The notes under the pieces are model-generated. The model had not been told where the DNA came from. It ran no database searches and saw only the letters and a program-made list of their open reading frames with translations. From assembly GCA_022605425.2 (NCBI GenBank), contig JAKIMF020000004.1:310001-374000 (forward strand): a stretch of 64,000 nt of DNA. Reading direction: 5' to 3'. The position numbers and the translations under genes are program-made. Positions 47,343 through 59,707 of this stretch are shown piece by piece. This DNA comes from Hamiltosporidium tvaerminnensis FI-OER-3-3 (taxonomy: Eukaryota > Fungi > Microsporidia). Position 1 is the stretch's first letter. Every line of letters starts with the position of its first letter.

Positions 47343-48581
47343 ATGAACACAAAAATAATTCATAAAAAAAATTACGATTTTTCAAAAACAAAAGAGTATT
47401 TCAAAGATGTAGTAATTCTTCCAACCGAAACAGTGTATGGAATAGCAGCAGATATATATAACATAAATGCAATACAAAGAATTTATGAAGTAAAAAACAG
47501 ACCACACGATAATCCGTTAATTGTTCATATTTCGTCATTAAAAATGCTTGATTCACTTATTGAAGGACCGATCAATATTTTTAATAGCAAATTGATTGAA
47601 AAATACTGGCCCGGTCCTCTTACACTTATATTTGAAGCAAAAAAAACTTTATCTCATATTTTAACTAACAATTTGAGTACTGTTGCTATTAGAATGCCGG
47701 ATTGTGAGTTTACTTTAAATGTCATTGAACATCTTGGACATCCTATAGTTATGCCATCTGCTAATCTTAGTGGAAGACCAAGTACTACCTCTGCCAGTCA
47801 TGTTTTTGATGACTTAAACGGTAAAGTACCACTTATTATTGATGGAGATGAGTGTCTTCTCGGTATAGAATCTACGGTTGTAAACTGTCTATCTCATGTT
47901 CCTACAATTCTTAGACCAGGTAGTATAACATATGAAGAAATATGTAATACATTACAACACAAAGTAGAAATATGTACTTCCTTGAAAAACAAACCACAAC
48001 AAATTTTACCAAACATTTCAAATAATCATTCAATAACCACTAATGAGTCAGAAAATACCGAAAATAGATTGAATATTGAATTCGAAAATAAAGATTCTTC
48101 CGCTTATCTTTCTCCTGGTATGAAATATAAACATTATTCCCCCGAAAAACCGTTATATTTAATTAAACAAAATGGAAATTTGATAAATGAAATAATTATT
48201 TCTAAAGTAAAAGAAAATAAAAATATTATTGGTTGCATTGTGAATACAATGAATGTATTTACAAAGCAAACGTTAGAAACCTTTAAATTAATCGAGATTG
48301 ATGATGAAGAATATCATAAAAAAATTTATAATGAAGAGATAAGAAATAATATATTACATGAAGAAAATATGGAAGAAATTAAGTGTAATAAGTCAGAAAG
48401 TCCTGTTATTTATGTTTTTTGCTATAAAAATGATAAAAAATTATTTGCAGAAAAACTTTTTAAATATTTAAGATTTTATGACAAAATGTGTGATTGTATT
48501 ATCGCTATCGGTACTGAATATACAGAGGAAGGGTTGGCTGTTATGGATAGATTGGAAAAGGCATCGACAGAGATATTTTAA
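47343..48581 (+). CDS. SUA5: Threonylcarbamoyl-AMP synthase (Sua5)
   Basis: LPTETVYGIAA, IYEVKNRPHDNPLIVH, WPGPLTLI, PSANLSGRPS, GIESTVV, LRPG, linker SPGMKYKHYSP and C-terminal G.AVMDRLEKAS. CCC at 47320-47322. Confidence 0.96.
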   Translation: MNTKIIHKKNYDFSKTKEYFKDVVILPTETVYGIAADIYNINAIQRIYEVKNRPHDNPLIVHISSLKMLDSLIEGPINIFNSKLIEKYWPGPLTLIFEAKKTLSHILTNNLSTVAIRMPDCEFTLNVIEHLGHPIVMPSANLSGRPSTTSASHVFDDLNGKVPLIIDGDECLLGIESTVVNCLSHVPTILRPGSITYEEICNTLQHKVEICTSLKNKPQQILPNISNNHSITTNESENTENRLNIEFENKDSSAYLSPGMKYKHYSPEKPLYLIKQNGNLINEIIISKVKENKNIIGCIVNTMNVFTKQTLETFKLIEIDDEEYHKKIYNEEIRNNILHEENMEEIKCNKSESPVIYVFCYKNDKKLFAEKLFKYLRFYDKMCDCIIAIGTEYTEEGLAVMDRLEKASTEIF

Positions 48582-50600
48582 TAAACTTTATCTGATAAAA
48601 TTATGATAAAAACATAAAATTTTGAAAATATCTTAATTAAATATTTATTTTAATTTTTAATATAAAGATTTCTTTATTAATAATATACATGAGAAGTAAT
48701 TGATAGAATGGAATTTTTCTCAATTCTAAATAGTCTGTAAGAATTATATTTTTAACTTAATTATGATGTATAAATCGTTAAAAAGGTTATTATAAAAGTA
48801 AAAAAGCACTCATAAATATAGGCTTTGACTTATTATAAAGAATACATTTTCATTTTTTTATAAAAAATAAATTTCTATAGCAAATGAATTCATGTTATTT
48901 TTATTCGTGGAATATACTTTTTTGAAGGCATCATTTTTTAAATGAACTTGGTTTGAAAGCATCTGAGTAGAAAAAAGGTGATTTCTGAAATCAAATGAAG
49001 AAAAAACTTACTGTCTTAAAAATTGTAGTGTATTTTCTAATATAAAATAAACTTCAAATTATTGGAGCTAAAAATGCCACTTTTAGTTTCCTAAAAGTTT
49101 GGAAAAAAATAAATTCTGCATAGCTATTTTATGAAAAAGAACATATATTATTGCTCGAATTAATTTGGCAAAGTATACAGTAAATTTTGCGATTTTAAAA
49201 TATGATTATAGTTTGATAAAAACGTAAGGATAAATTATACTTATTGCAATCGAAATTTCTTAAACACACCGGATTAATTTTAAACTAAAAATCGAGTAGA
49301 AATCAATTGTGTAAATTTTAAATGATAAATATATTGACAAAAATCGATCGATTAAACCGAGAGTCTTCAAATTACGGCCCGCTAAGTTTTTTTATAGATA
49401 AAGTATTTTAATAGAAAATACAAGTACAAATAAATTGTACAATTAAAATTATAGTTTTGTTAGATTTGATATGAATTCTTGATAGAAAAAAATTGTGCAG
49501 TTTTCTACATTTTTTAAACACCAATCATATTTTATCCTAAAAATTTTGAACCAATGGAAAATATATGTAACATAATTTAGTACTAATGAGATTAATGTGG
49601 TCGAGATTTTTGACGAATTACTTGTCGAAACAGTATTTAAATTTGCAAGTAAAAACCATCAACAACAACTTTAAATGTTTATCTGTTAATCTAAATATGT
49701 AAATATTTTTTGTTTATTTCACTTTAAAAATGCATTTTCACACAAATAATTAAGGTCTAAGACGGAACGAAAATCTCGAGAAAATATATGAATGTGAATA
49801 TGTGGCGCGAACTAAAAGACTCTAATAAAATTCTAGAAAATTTATTGAAAATTCTTCTTTTAAAACATTGGTAAGACACATTTTTAGTTTTGTTAAAAAT
49901 TTGATGAAACTTTTAAAATTTCTCTCAAAAATATTATTCATAAAAATTTAAGAAATATTTTTTTTAGGGAATGGTATAAAATCTAATGAATTATTGACCC
50001 TCGAGAATTTTTATAGAAGTCATTGGGGCTCGACATGCTGAAAAAGTGGCAAATTTTTATTAGTCTATTTTCTTTTCATTTGTAACTTTTATATGTAAAT
50101 TATACATCAAAACGACTTATACCCATATGTTCATTCGAGAAACGTGGTAAGCTGCTAGGCCGCAGAAACTTTATTCAGGAGATCAAAGAAACGACTCTCT
50201 AAATATGTTATAATAACTTGTCATACATATGATAAAGTGAAAACCAAACATGTTTTATGTGTTTTCCTTCTAGAATCAAGGTGTGAATATAGATATTGGG
50301 ACTGTACACAGACAGGTCTGTTTTATTGGATTTTTGTTTTTATTCGAGGCAATAAAGTAAATAGAGTCATTTTTTCGGCAGAAACACATAAACGAATAAT
50401 AAAATCTAATCATTAAAAAACTGATTTTTTTGGAAAAAAATATTTTAGCTCTTGACTTTCTATACATCAGAATGTTTACAAATTACGTTTTTGAACCTGA
50501 TAGCTAGGTGAAAATTTTTCAAAGAAGTATAGAATATCGTATAATCTTAATAAAAAATCGTTTTTTCACTGTAAAATCATAAAGAAAATTGTCAAAAATT

Positions 50601-50682
50601 CGACGTTGCCGAGATTCGAACTCGGGCGCCCAGAGGACAATAGTTTAGCAGACTACCGCGTTAACCACTCCGCCACAACGTC
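50601..50682 (-). tRNA. tRNA-Ser (anticodon GCT)
   Basis: Minus strand GACGTTG TGGCGGAGTGGTTAACGC GGTAGT CT GCT AA ACTAT, long variable arm, CCGAG TTCGAAT CTCGG CAACGTC G. A T5 Pol III terminator lies just downstream. Confidence 0.96.
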
Positions 50683-50819
50683 TATACAATGTTAAGAAAT
50701 AAAAATAACTATTTTTAATTAAATAAAATTGTCACTGAACTTTGCTTTTCATACATGTAAATAAAACCATGGTACCCTTAAAAAAGGTATTACTATTAAG
50801 TATTTTTGATCTAAAATAT

Positions 50820-51921
50820 TTTTATTTAATAAAATTCTGGGTTAAAATATTTTTTACCATTTTTACATGTTTTCTTCTACCTCTTTGACCACTTTTGTCT
50901 CTTCTTCCAAATCCGACTCTTCATTTATGTTATTGGTCGGTTCCTCTAAAGTGGTTACTCCTTGTGAAATAAGGGGTGTATTATTTTTTGGTTTAAAATT
51001 TTTGGCACCATCTTCCTCTGTTTTCGCTTCTTTTAAAGGGGGTATTGGTTCCTCATGCATCTCTGATCTCATAATAACACCCATTGACGCTCTCTCCCAG
51101 CTCTCTTCGGCATTTAGTCCTGACTCAAGTCCTCTTCGTCGATCAAAGGAAATAGTTTCGACTGTCTTTTTAAGTACTATAGACTGAATGTATGCCTCTA
51201 CATTCATGGGTATTTCTAGTCTTTTAAGATGAGATTTATGGTATTTTGTCACAATACCGTCCCAGGTCATCACATAAGGGATTATCTCAACACTACACCT
51301 ATAAATAAAATCCAACTCATTGGCTAGCAGGTCATACTTCCTAAGTTTTTCAGTTTCAACTATTTGAAGTGAATCTTGGGAAGTGATTCCTACTTCAATG
51401 AGTGTTATCTTATTCTTCTTCTTATCTAAAATAAATATGTCCGGTCTGTTATTCCGAATTTTAACATCAGTTTTAATTCTGGTGTCCACTCTTATCTCTG
51501 CATACTCATTATCAAGAATTTCTTGAACTGAGTGGCTCCTTATTCGTTTTGAAGACTTAAACTTATATCTATTTAGAAGGAGAAGGTGTAGGCATCTAAC
51601 CACTTCATTATGCCGTCTAGTGTAATCATGGCCTAGCATTTTTTCACATCTAGTTGCTAGATGATCCACAGTCTTACCAGACTTCCCGCAATGTTGACAC
51701 ACACCATCTGCTCCCCAGAATACATTTCTATCCTGGATATAGCAGAACACAGCTTCATTTCGTGGCTTAATATTTCCTCTCTTTAGCCATCTTGAAGAGT
51801 CACTAACACTCACAAGCTCATTTTTCCTTGCATTATATAACTTTGAATGGAGTTTTCGTTTTTCTATTTCGTTATATAGTTTTGCAAGTTGAGCTTCTTC
51901 TAAACTTTTCTTAGTGACTTC
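50820..51921 (-). mobile_element. Young 5'-truncated R4-like RLE LINE (open ORF 50863-51813)
   Basis: Nearly identical to 42170-43270. Perfect 14-bp TSD ttgatctaaaatat at 50806-50819 and 51922-51935. Confidence 0.95.
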
Positions 51922-51972
51922 TTGATCTAAAATATATTATTATGTAATATAAATATATTTAAAACCTTATAT

Positions 51973-52702
51973 TGTGGAGAGAGGATATCCCATAAAAAAC
52001 TTTCTGCTTGGAAATGAGTGTGTGAAACTGGTGTTCTAAACCATTGTTTGGATTTTTGGTGCTATAAAACCACACTACATCTTCGGTTGTTCCATGAAAG
52101 TTGTTATGAGGATAAGAGGTCTACGAAATAACTAAACTTTTTCTACAAATTTATTTGTAGTTTTTTACGTAACCAGATTGCAGGCTGCAGCTAAACATAT
52201 AGGTAATTGCCATGTAAAAGCATAGAAACCTAGCCTTGCTCACTCGGGTTAGAAGACTTAGCGCCTGGGAGATATAAAAATAAAACCCATTAAAAGCCGG
52301 GAGAGCTATGTAGCAGGTTATACCTGTTGGTATGACATTGCACTGTCTAGGTGGACTCCATGTAAGTCTCTGAAATTTATCTTAGCTAGAAATTTATTGG
52401 TTCAGAAAGTGTTTAGTATGCAGGAATGCTGCATAGTCTTAGGGTGTCTACAGGGGCTTTGGCTTTCTATCACACTCTATGCAACGGATATTATCGAACA
52501 CCAGGCAACTACCTCGCCTAGTAATTAGGTTCTATACACCTGGTAGACGAAAGGTTTTGGGACGTAGGTATCCAAGATGTACAGATAAATAGTTTAGAGT
52601 AGCAGTTATTTATGTTAAACTTAGGACTACGTTAATGTCATGAAGACAAATATAACACTTGTTGCTGTTTTATAAAAGCTGTGATACTTTAAATTAAGGT
52701 TT
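51973..52702 (+). repeat. ~720-bp structured dispersed repeat, copy A (well preserved)
   Basis: Begins TGTGGAGAGAGGATATCCC, ends GTGATACTTTAAATTAAG. No ORF and many hairpins. Confidence 0.9.
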
Positions 52703-53212
52703 AAATTTTTTCAGTGCCTAACGAGTCAAGAGTATGTAGAATCAGATTTTGCGCAAACACTTTATATGATCTTCAAGCAAAAAATTTCTAGTATAATAAT
52801 TTTATGACCATCATCATTCGTAATTAGTTTGTTTTCCAAGTCTGCTTGTTGGTTTTTTATTAAATTTTTTAAAAGAAAGTTTTGTATTCGGTTAAATGTT
52901 TAGACAATTTAAAGAATCAATCTTTTTTAATTGAGATTATCGAGATAAGAATAAATATGGATACATCTAAATCTTTATAAAAATATATTTTATAGAGAAA
53001 TATAAACGTTAAAGTTTTGCTTTACATAAAGGATTTTCATACTACAATATTTAAACGCGTAATAACAACTCGAAATTTTTCAAAAAAAATGTTATATTTA
53101 ATTTTCTAAATTATTAAATTCATAGTAATATATATGTATAAATAATACAGGAATCTGTACATAAAGAATTTAGCATGTGCCATGCTAAATGGCTTTGTAA
53201 GCAGAATTATTA

Positions 53213-53460
53213 TCTTAGCAAGTGGCTACAAGACTGTTAAGATCCCGACCTCATTTAGGTGTGCTTTCGCCTTTCTTCTTTGGAGACTCTCTTTTCTATT
53301 CATCTGTACCGAGTGTACAGTGAGCTTTTTTTACCTCATCTAGCATCTAGTTTTTGGATGAGCAGAAAGTCTTTAACTTTCGAATAATCTTATGACTAGT
53401 TTTTTGTAACTCTGCTTTCTGACATTTGATCAAGACAATTCAGTCATCCAGGTCCGGTTC
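53213..53460 (-). mobile_element. RTE-clade LINE 3' relic
   Basis: Reverse complement shares cagaaagcagag, tccaaaaactagatg and agatgaat with the relic at 4010-4274. Confidence 0.7.
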
Positions 53461-55747
53461 TTTTAATTTAGTTTACCGACCTTAGATTTTTATATAACGC
53501 CTGAAACTCGAAATAATTACGAATCGCAACTTTTTTTGTTGAATTTTTGTAGATTTTTTAAATTTCATGATATTTCCTGATTATTTTTACAAACGTAACT
53601 TTTGATTACTAATTAAATTAATTATCGGTTGACGAATTAAAAGTCAAAAAAATATCTGATTTTATGTATTCATTATTCTTTCATTATAAAATATGCTTGT
53701 AAAAAAATATAACATAAATATGTAAATCAAAATTTCTGCAAATTTAACACACAAAGTCTACATATATAACAAAAAATCAGACCATATTTTGTTTCTTTAC
53801 ATTAAAAAAACTTAAAGCGTGGTTTCGAAAATTTTAGATAAAAATGAACCTTCCCCCAATTGCTTCTAGAAACCTATTTACAATATTTAAGACAATAAAT
53901 TATGTATTCATTATTTGCTACCAATTTATTTCGATCATTTTGCTCAATAAAAGAAAGGCACAAACCCATTCATCACATAATTCGCATTAATTTCGTATGT
54001 GTTTATTGTCTTATCTCATTTTGTAATATTTAGAGTTTAATCGTTCAAATTTTGATCTTCTTATGTTTAAATCTTATTAGAATTATAGAACTCAAAAAAG
54101 TTAAGAAAACTTTAAGCTTTGTATACTTATATATAAAATCGAAAAGGAATGAATATTTTGTAATAAAAAAAAGACACTTGAAAAACTGGTTGAGAAATTA
54201 ATAACAAAAAACTAGAAATCAATAAAAACAATTTGAATTGATATATTTTTCAAATGTATTTAATACTCATAAAAAAAGAAACCTACGAAATAAATGCTCA
54301 AAAATGTTTCCAGAAATTTTTCTCAGTTGGTTTTTGCAACTATTATTCGATCAAAACATACGCTTCTAAAAAAGCTTTTACACGTAAAAAGTTTTTTCGA
54401 TTACATAATTTTCTACTTTATTTATTTAAATGCAATATAATGCCAATTTATTCTTCATTAACTTTTGATAAGTATATATTCAAAATAGAAATATATTTCG
54501 AAAACAATATTATGTCTTCGAGATGACTTACTCAAAAATCTAGTTTATAATATGTTTCTAAACTAAGTTACGCAGGATAATTAAGAGATAAATTATGATT
54601 CAATATATAATTTAATCGATAGTGCAAGAATCATCTAGATATCGCATGTTTAACTATTTATAACATAATTCAACGATTTTGGCATTGTATATTTAATTTT
54701 AAATAAATACAAGTTTAAGTTTAAAAAACATTCTGAAATAATGTCGCACATATGAATTGCATCAGAATAATAAACTTATAACTTTTATAAACATTTTTAG
54801 ATCTGAAAATGATTTATTAAGCATCTAAAAAATCAAGTATCAACAAATTTTAAACAATAAAACTTTTATTTTCATTGACACTATAATAGTATAATGTGTT
54901 CTAATGACTTACTTTAAGGCTCTTATTAAAAAATAAACTAAAAAAAGTAATGTTTTTTCAGCCAAATATATCCATTTTAATATAATATAAGGAATTATAC
55001 GAATTTCTTTTTTTCAGCCGCTTTTAAGCATTAAAATAATCGAAAAAACAAATACTTCTATTACGTTCACATGGTGATTTTTTTTTAAATTAAAAGCAGT
55101 TCATTTAATGCGATATGTTTCTTTCGGTTATTTCTAAACTATTACAAATATTTTGACGCATTTTTTATAGCTCAATGTGCTATGTCCATTCCTGAATCGG
55201 ATTAGGCAATATTTTTTAAGAAAGATTACAAAAGTCAAACTAAATTCTTATGTTGTAAATAATCAAAGTATATTTTGATTTAAAGTTTTAAAATATATCG
55301 ATATAAATGCGTGAAAACCAAACATGTATTTTATTCTTTTAAGTCGGCTTGTAAATGAGTATCATAAATGAGAATAGTAATACGCAAATTTCTACTCTAC
55401 AATTATTTTATATAGTGTTTTAGAGAAAGTATTCATAAAGATTATTAATAAAGTTTTCTCGAAAATTACTTGAGAGCAACTTAATAAAAACATATTTGAG
55501 AATTTAATCATTAAAATAATTAAAGATATCTCGAAACAGAAAAGATTTTTTTGATCTTATATGTCGATTAAATATATTTTATAATTAATTCATTACTAAT
55601 TTCGCCAAATTAAATTAAATAGATTAAATAATTTATTATAGATCGATTAGAATATGTTCATAAAAATATTTTTTTAAATAATATAAATTATAATTGTATA
55701 CAAGGTATATGTATTTTACAGTTAAACAAATATTTCGAAGTAAAAAA

Positions 55748-58078
55748 ATGTTATCGATTTCACTTCTTATTACAACATATATACTGACATCATCTTTAAC
55801 ATCTGTAACTTTTTACATCATAAATGAAGATAATAGAGTAAAAAATTTAATAAATACCGATTTTACAATCGATATGATGTTTTTAGACGAAAATATAGAA
55901 TATTTTGACAAAAATAACAAGATTAAAATCTTTAAAAACAACATATTACGTCATGAATCTAAATTTGACATAACAAGTTATTATATACCTCATACTTTAA
56001 CACTACCATATAGCCATGGTATGTTTTTAAATTCAGCACTTTTAAAAGCTTTATTTGATTCTAGAGAAAAAAACATAAGAGTATTTATAAATGATGTTTC
56101 CTATGATAATTTTCTTCTTTTTCTAAAATTATTGGATAATTTCGATGCTCTAATAAATCAAATCAATAGTAAAGCTTTTATAGATATATTAACCATTATT
56201 ACTATGTTGGAGATTAAAAAATCAAAGCAGCGGAAGGAATTTATTAAAGATCTGCTAAGAAGCCTTTTATACGGAATAAATATTTTCGATTTTGATTTTA
56301 AGAGAGACTACTATAACTATGTATTCAATCACATTAAAAGATCAATATTGAGAGATCTAATAGTTTTCTTTATGGAATTTATATATTTCGATGAAAAAAT
56401 AACAAAGTCTTATATTGTTATAACTGATTGTAATAAAGTGAGTTTTAAAAAAGATTCTTGTAGTCTTTACGAAAATTGTATGAAAAAAATTCAAAAAAAT
56501 AAAATATATTTAAGATTAAATGATCATAATGTGAAGAAGTTGTTTAAATTTATGGTTTCATACAATTTAAAGAATACATGGATTTTTCTATTTAAAATCA
56601 TACGGATAGATCTTGTTTACTTCGTGTTTGATTTAGAAGAATCCTTTGAAATAATTTTTAAACTTTTGTTTGGTGTAAAATTTTATACAGAAAAATTTTA
56701 CTTTCATTCATTTAAAAATGCGACAATAATTCTTTTAAAGATTAGATATCATCTGTTTTTAAAGAACTTAAATGTTTTAAAATTTAATTTTAATTTTAAC
56801 TTGAATGAATTAAAGCAGATATTATCTTTGTATGATAATGTCAACAAAATTACAATCAAAACACACGAAATCGATTTTGGCACCCTGAAATTTCTGATAA
56901 GCTATTGTAGCGATAATTCATATAAATCTTTTAAAGTGGTATCTTTTTCCTATAATTCTTTAAATACTGATATTAATGTCTTAAAAAATATCCCAGCGAA
57001 TCTTTTGTTTTTTGCTGGTTGTGATAATAATGGAGTCGAAATTAAACGTATTTCCACTAGCTATATGCCATTTATGTACAATAATTATTATTCGATACCT
57101 CAAAATAGTTTTAAAAGTTGTTATAATATAATGTTCTGGGAATGTATAAACGTAAGAGAAATAAAATTTTGGTATGATGAAACCCTTTCATCAGCAAAGC
57201 TTGATGATTCTATTTTTCAATCTTTAAGATACTGTAAAACACTAAAAAAGTTTTCTGTAAGAAATATTGAATTAACCGATAAATTATTGGTGTATATTTT
57301 AGAATCCACTACATTGATTTTTGTTGAAATCATTGATTATGAATGGCTTTTTGACGATCAATTCTTTTTAAGAACTAATACTTTGAATTTTGATCTAAAA
57401 GTTTTTAGTTTTGAAGATTCTAAATCTTTAATTGAACCGGATTTTATGCTGTATTTAGCAAGGTTTAGAGGTCTAAGCGGTTTAAAATTTTACTATACTG
57501 AATTTTATTTGAGAAAAAAATATTTTGAAAATTTTAATGATAAAATATCTATGTTCTTCAGCAAAAAGGCATGTAATAGAATTTATCTCAAAAATTTAGA
57601 GATAAAAGGCTCTTCACTTCACCCAGACACCAAAAATTGCTTATATTTTTTGTCCGATGTATACGATTTCGCAAACCTACAGTCTATTTCAATAAGTTCT
57701 TATGGATTGACCGAAATGGATTATGATTTCTTCAATAAAATGAACAAACTCAAAGTAGTTATAATTAAATCTATTGGAGAATCTGAAAGAATTGATTTTA
57801 AAAGACTTTTTAACAATAAAGAATTATTTAATACGGTTATTGTAATTAATATATCTGTTAGTAAAATCACATCTGATAATATTCAAACTTTAAGTTGTTT
57901 TAGAAATCTCATGGGCTTATCTATATCTTCTCCCTTAATTGATTATGCGACCATTCAAAGTATCAGGAGAAAATATTTTAAAAAAACGGATTTCGTTATA
58001 ACAGAACCTATTCGAAAAGATAGATCTAGTTTTATTAATCAATATCTTGATTCAGAATTCATTTATGGTTTTTCTTGA
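55748..58078 (+). CDS. Lineage-specific secreted protein with a degenerate LRR-like C-terminal half
   Basis: Long open frame. ATG 55748 gives a signal-like MLSISLLITTYILTSSLTS; LxxLxL-type periodicity (LKNLNVLKF, LKKFSVRNIEL, LQSISIS, LMGLSIS). Confidence 0.75.
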   Translation: MLSISLLITTYILTSSLTSVTFYIINEDNRVKNLINTDFTIDMMFLDENIEYFDKNNKIKIFKNNILRHESKFDITSYYIPHTLTLPYSHGMFLNSALLKALFDSREKNIRVFINDVSYDNFLLFLKLLDNFDALINQINSKAFIDILTIITMLEIKKSKQRKEFIKDLLRSLLYGINIFDFDFKRDYYNYVFNHIKRSILRDLIVFFMEFIYFDEKITKSYIVITDCNKVSFKKDSCSLYENCMKKIQKNKIYLRLNDHNVKKLFKFMVSYNLKNTWIFLFKIIRIDLVYFVFDLEESFEIIFKLLFGVKFYTEKFYFHSFKNATIILLKIRYHLFLKNLNVLKFNFNFNLNELKQILSLYDNVNKITIKTHEIDFGTLKFLISYCSDNSYKSFKVVSFSYNSLNTDINVLKNIPANLLFFAGCDNNGVEIKRISTSYMPFMYNNYYSIPQNSFKSCYNIMFWECINVREIKFWYDETLSSAKLDDSIFQSLRYCKTLKKFSVRNIELTDKLLVYILESTTLIFVEIIDYEWLFDDQFFLRTNTLNFDLKVFSFEDSKSLIEPDFMLYLARFRGLSGLKFYYTEFYLRKKYFENFNDKISMFFSKKACNRIYLKNLEIKGSSLHPDTKNCLYFLSDVYDFANLQSISISSYGLTEMDYDFFNKMNKLKVVIIKSIGESERIDFKRLFNNKELFNTVIVINISVSKITSDNIQTLSCFRNLMGLSISSPLIDYATIQSIRRKYFKKTDFVITEPIRKDRSSFINQYLDSEFIYGFS

Positions 58079-58544
58079 ACATATAGTAAGCATAAAAAGA
58101 AACAAAATTAACAATTTTTTATAAAATAGCAATAAAATTTTCTTTGGAATAAAATTGACCACAATTACTACTTAGTAAATTATCATTTGAATTTGTTTTT
58201 AATGATTTTACATATAATTATCTATAAATTTTGGCTAATTCTTCACTAACCAACAAACATATTAATTTACATATAAAGGCCAAAGATGATATATTATGTC
58301 ATTTTTATAAATTAAGATTGATTTTTTTCTATCTATAGCATCTATTTAGTTAATTCTTGTTCCAGTATTTTTTTTAATTTTGAAAGATTTAATAAACTAA
58401 AAAACAAAACCAAGTAATGTTTAAAAATGCGTTTTTATAACCAAGGCTTTATTTAAATGAGATTATTTATTACGAATAAATTCCAACGCGATTTTTGAGA
58501 ACATTTTTCGGCTTGATATGCAATAAATTTTTTAAAAAAACATA

Positions 58545-59600
58545 ATAACTTCTTCTAGCCATCACTTCGTTCCATTGTCTTCTATATGAAGTCACTATTT
58601 TGTCTTTTTCTTTTTCTGATGGTTTTGAAAGCTTTTTGTTCGAGTTTTACATCACCACGAACTATTTTAACTTTTCCGCGTAGATCCACAATTCAATTCA
58701 TATAGATCTCATATTTCTATCGATATTCATGCCAGAATATTGTAAAAATATAGATTTTCTAGTTAACTAAACTCATTAATTATGCGATATTAATCACATG
58801 ACACTTTGATGTTTAGATCCCCGTTTTTCTGATATTTGTATCCTATGAGCTTCGGAATTTTTCATCGTAGATTGTATTTTATCACATTTAAAGATGTTTT
58901 TATATCAATATGAGCTCTAAATACTGTATCATTTGTCTTTTTTCATTGATTTTTCTTCATTTTCAATATAGAATAAGCCTAATTGGCTATTTAAATCTAT
59001 CTATATTTTTCATCTTGATATCCTTTGATTAATCACAAGCTTACGAATTATGTTTTAGTTTCACTACTCGATTTGTATTCATTTTATAATAGCCTTATCT
59101 CTTGATAAACAAAGAATTAATATAACGTGTACATGTTTGCTTTATAGATTTGTTATTAAAGTTATTTTCTCTTCTTCATATAAGATAATAGGCGATATTT
59201 AAGTAAATAGAATTTATGGACCAGTATGCAACACTTGCCATAATTTTGTTTTTATTGAGAGCCAAATTAAAACTTTGTAGAAGATTCAGAAGGAGAAGGA
59301 TTGATCTATAGTATTTATCATAAATAATTTGCATTTTTTTGTTGATTTTTAAAACTTAAGCCCCTAATAAAGTGGGTCATATTGGCTTATTTTTAGGTTT
59401 AGCTCTTCCACTCGGCTTATTTCCGAAATATTTTCTAATGATTTTCCATTGCATCATCCTTATGTAAATATGACAAAGAATTGCTATCGTAGGAAAAACA
59501 TTGTTTTTCGCAACCCTATTATATTCCACATTTGCTCCATTGATGATAGAGGTCGTCAACATCTGTCGGAAATTCTTTATCTTTTTCGGTATATATTATG
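58545..59600 (-). mobile_element. Highly decayed RTE-like LINE (RT to 3' end)
   Basis: Scattered minus-strand remnants: SPII (RT), DRFK.LG (thumb), HVI..RLTRK and RRQWNEVMA near the 3' end. No open frame. Confidence 0.4.
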
Positions 59601-59707
59601 GTCAATTTGAATTATTGTTCCTTATGAATAATGGCCAAAGTGAATGCAGAATTTGATAAATTATACAAAACACTAAGAATATTTCTACATTGCCAGTAAT
59701 ATAATAC

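Noticed and set aside
48600-50580. Slightly GC-richer patches in long intergenic tracts (also 26400-28200, 34200-35340, 53500-55600)
   Set aside because: Possibly very old TE debris, but no motif, terminus or second copy could be supported by eye.
50601-50820. LINE insertion about 140 bp upstream of tRNA-Ser as tRNA-gene targeting
   Set aside because: Single instance; the other copies with TSDs are not near tRNA genes.
53168-53190. Perfect hairpin ATTTAGCATG-TGC-CATGCTAAAT
   Set aside because: Single occurrence with no associated element ends or CTRR Helitron terminus that I could support.
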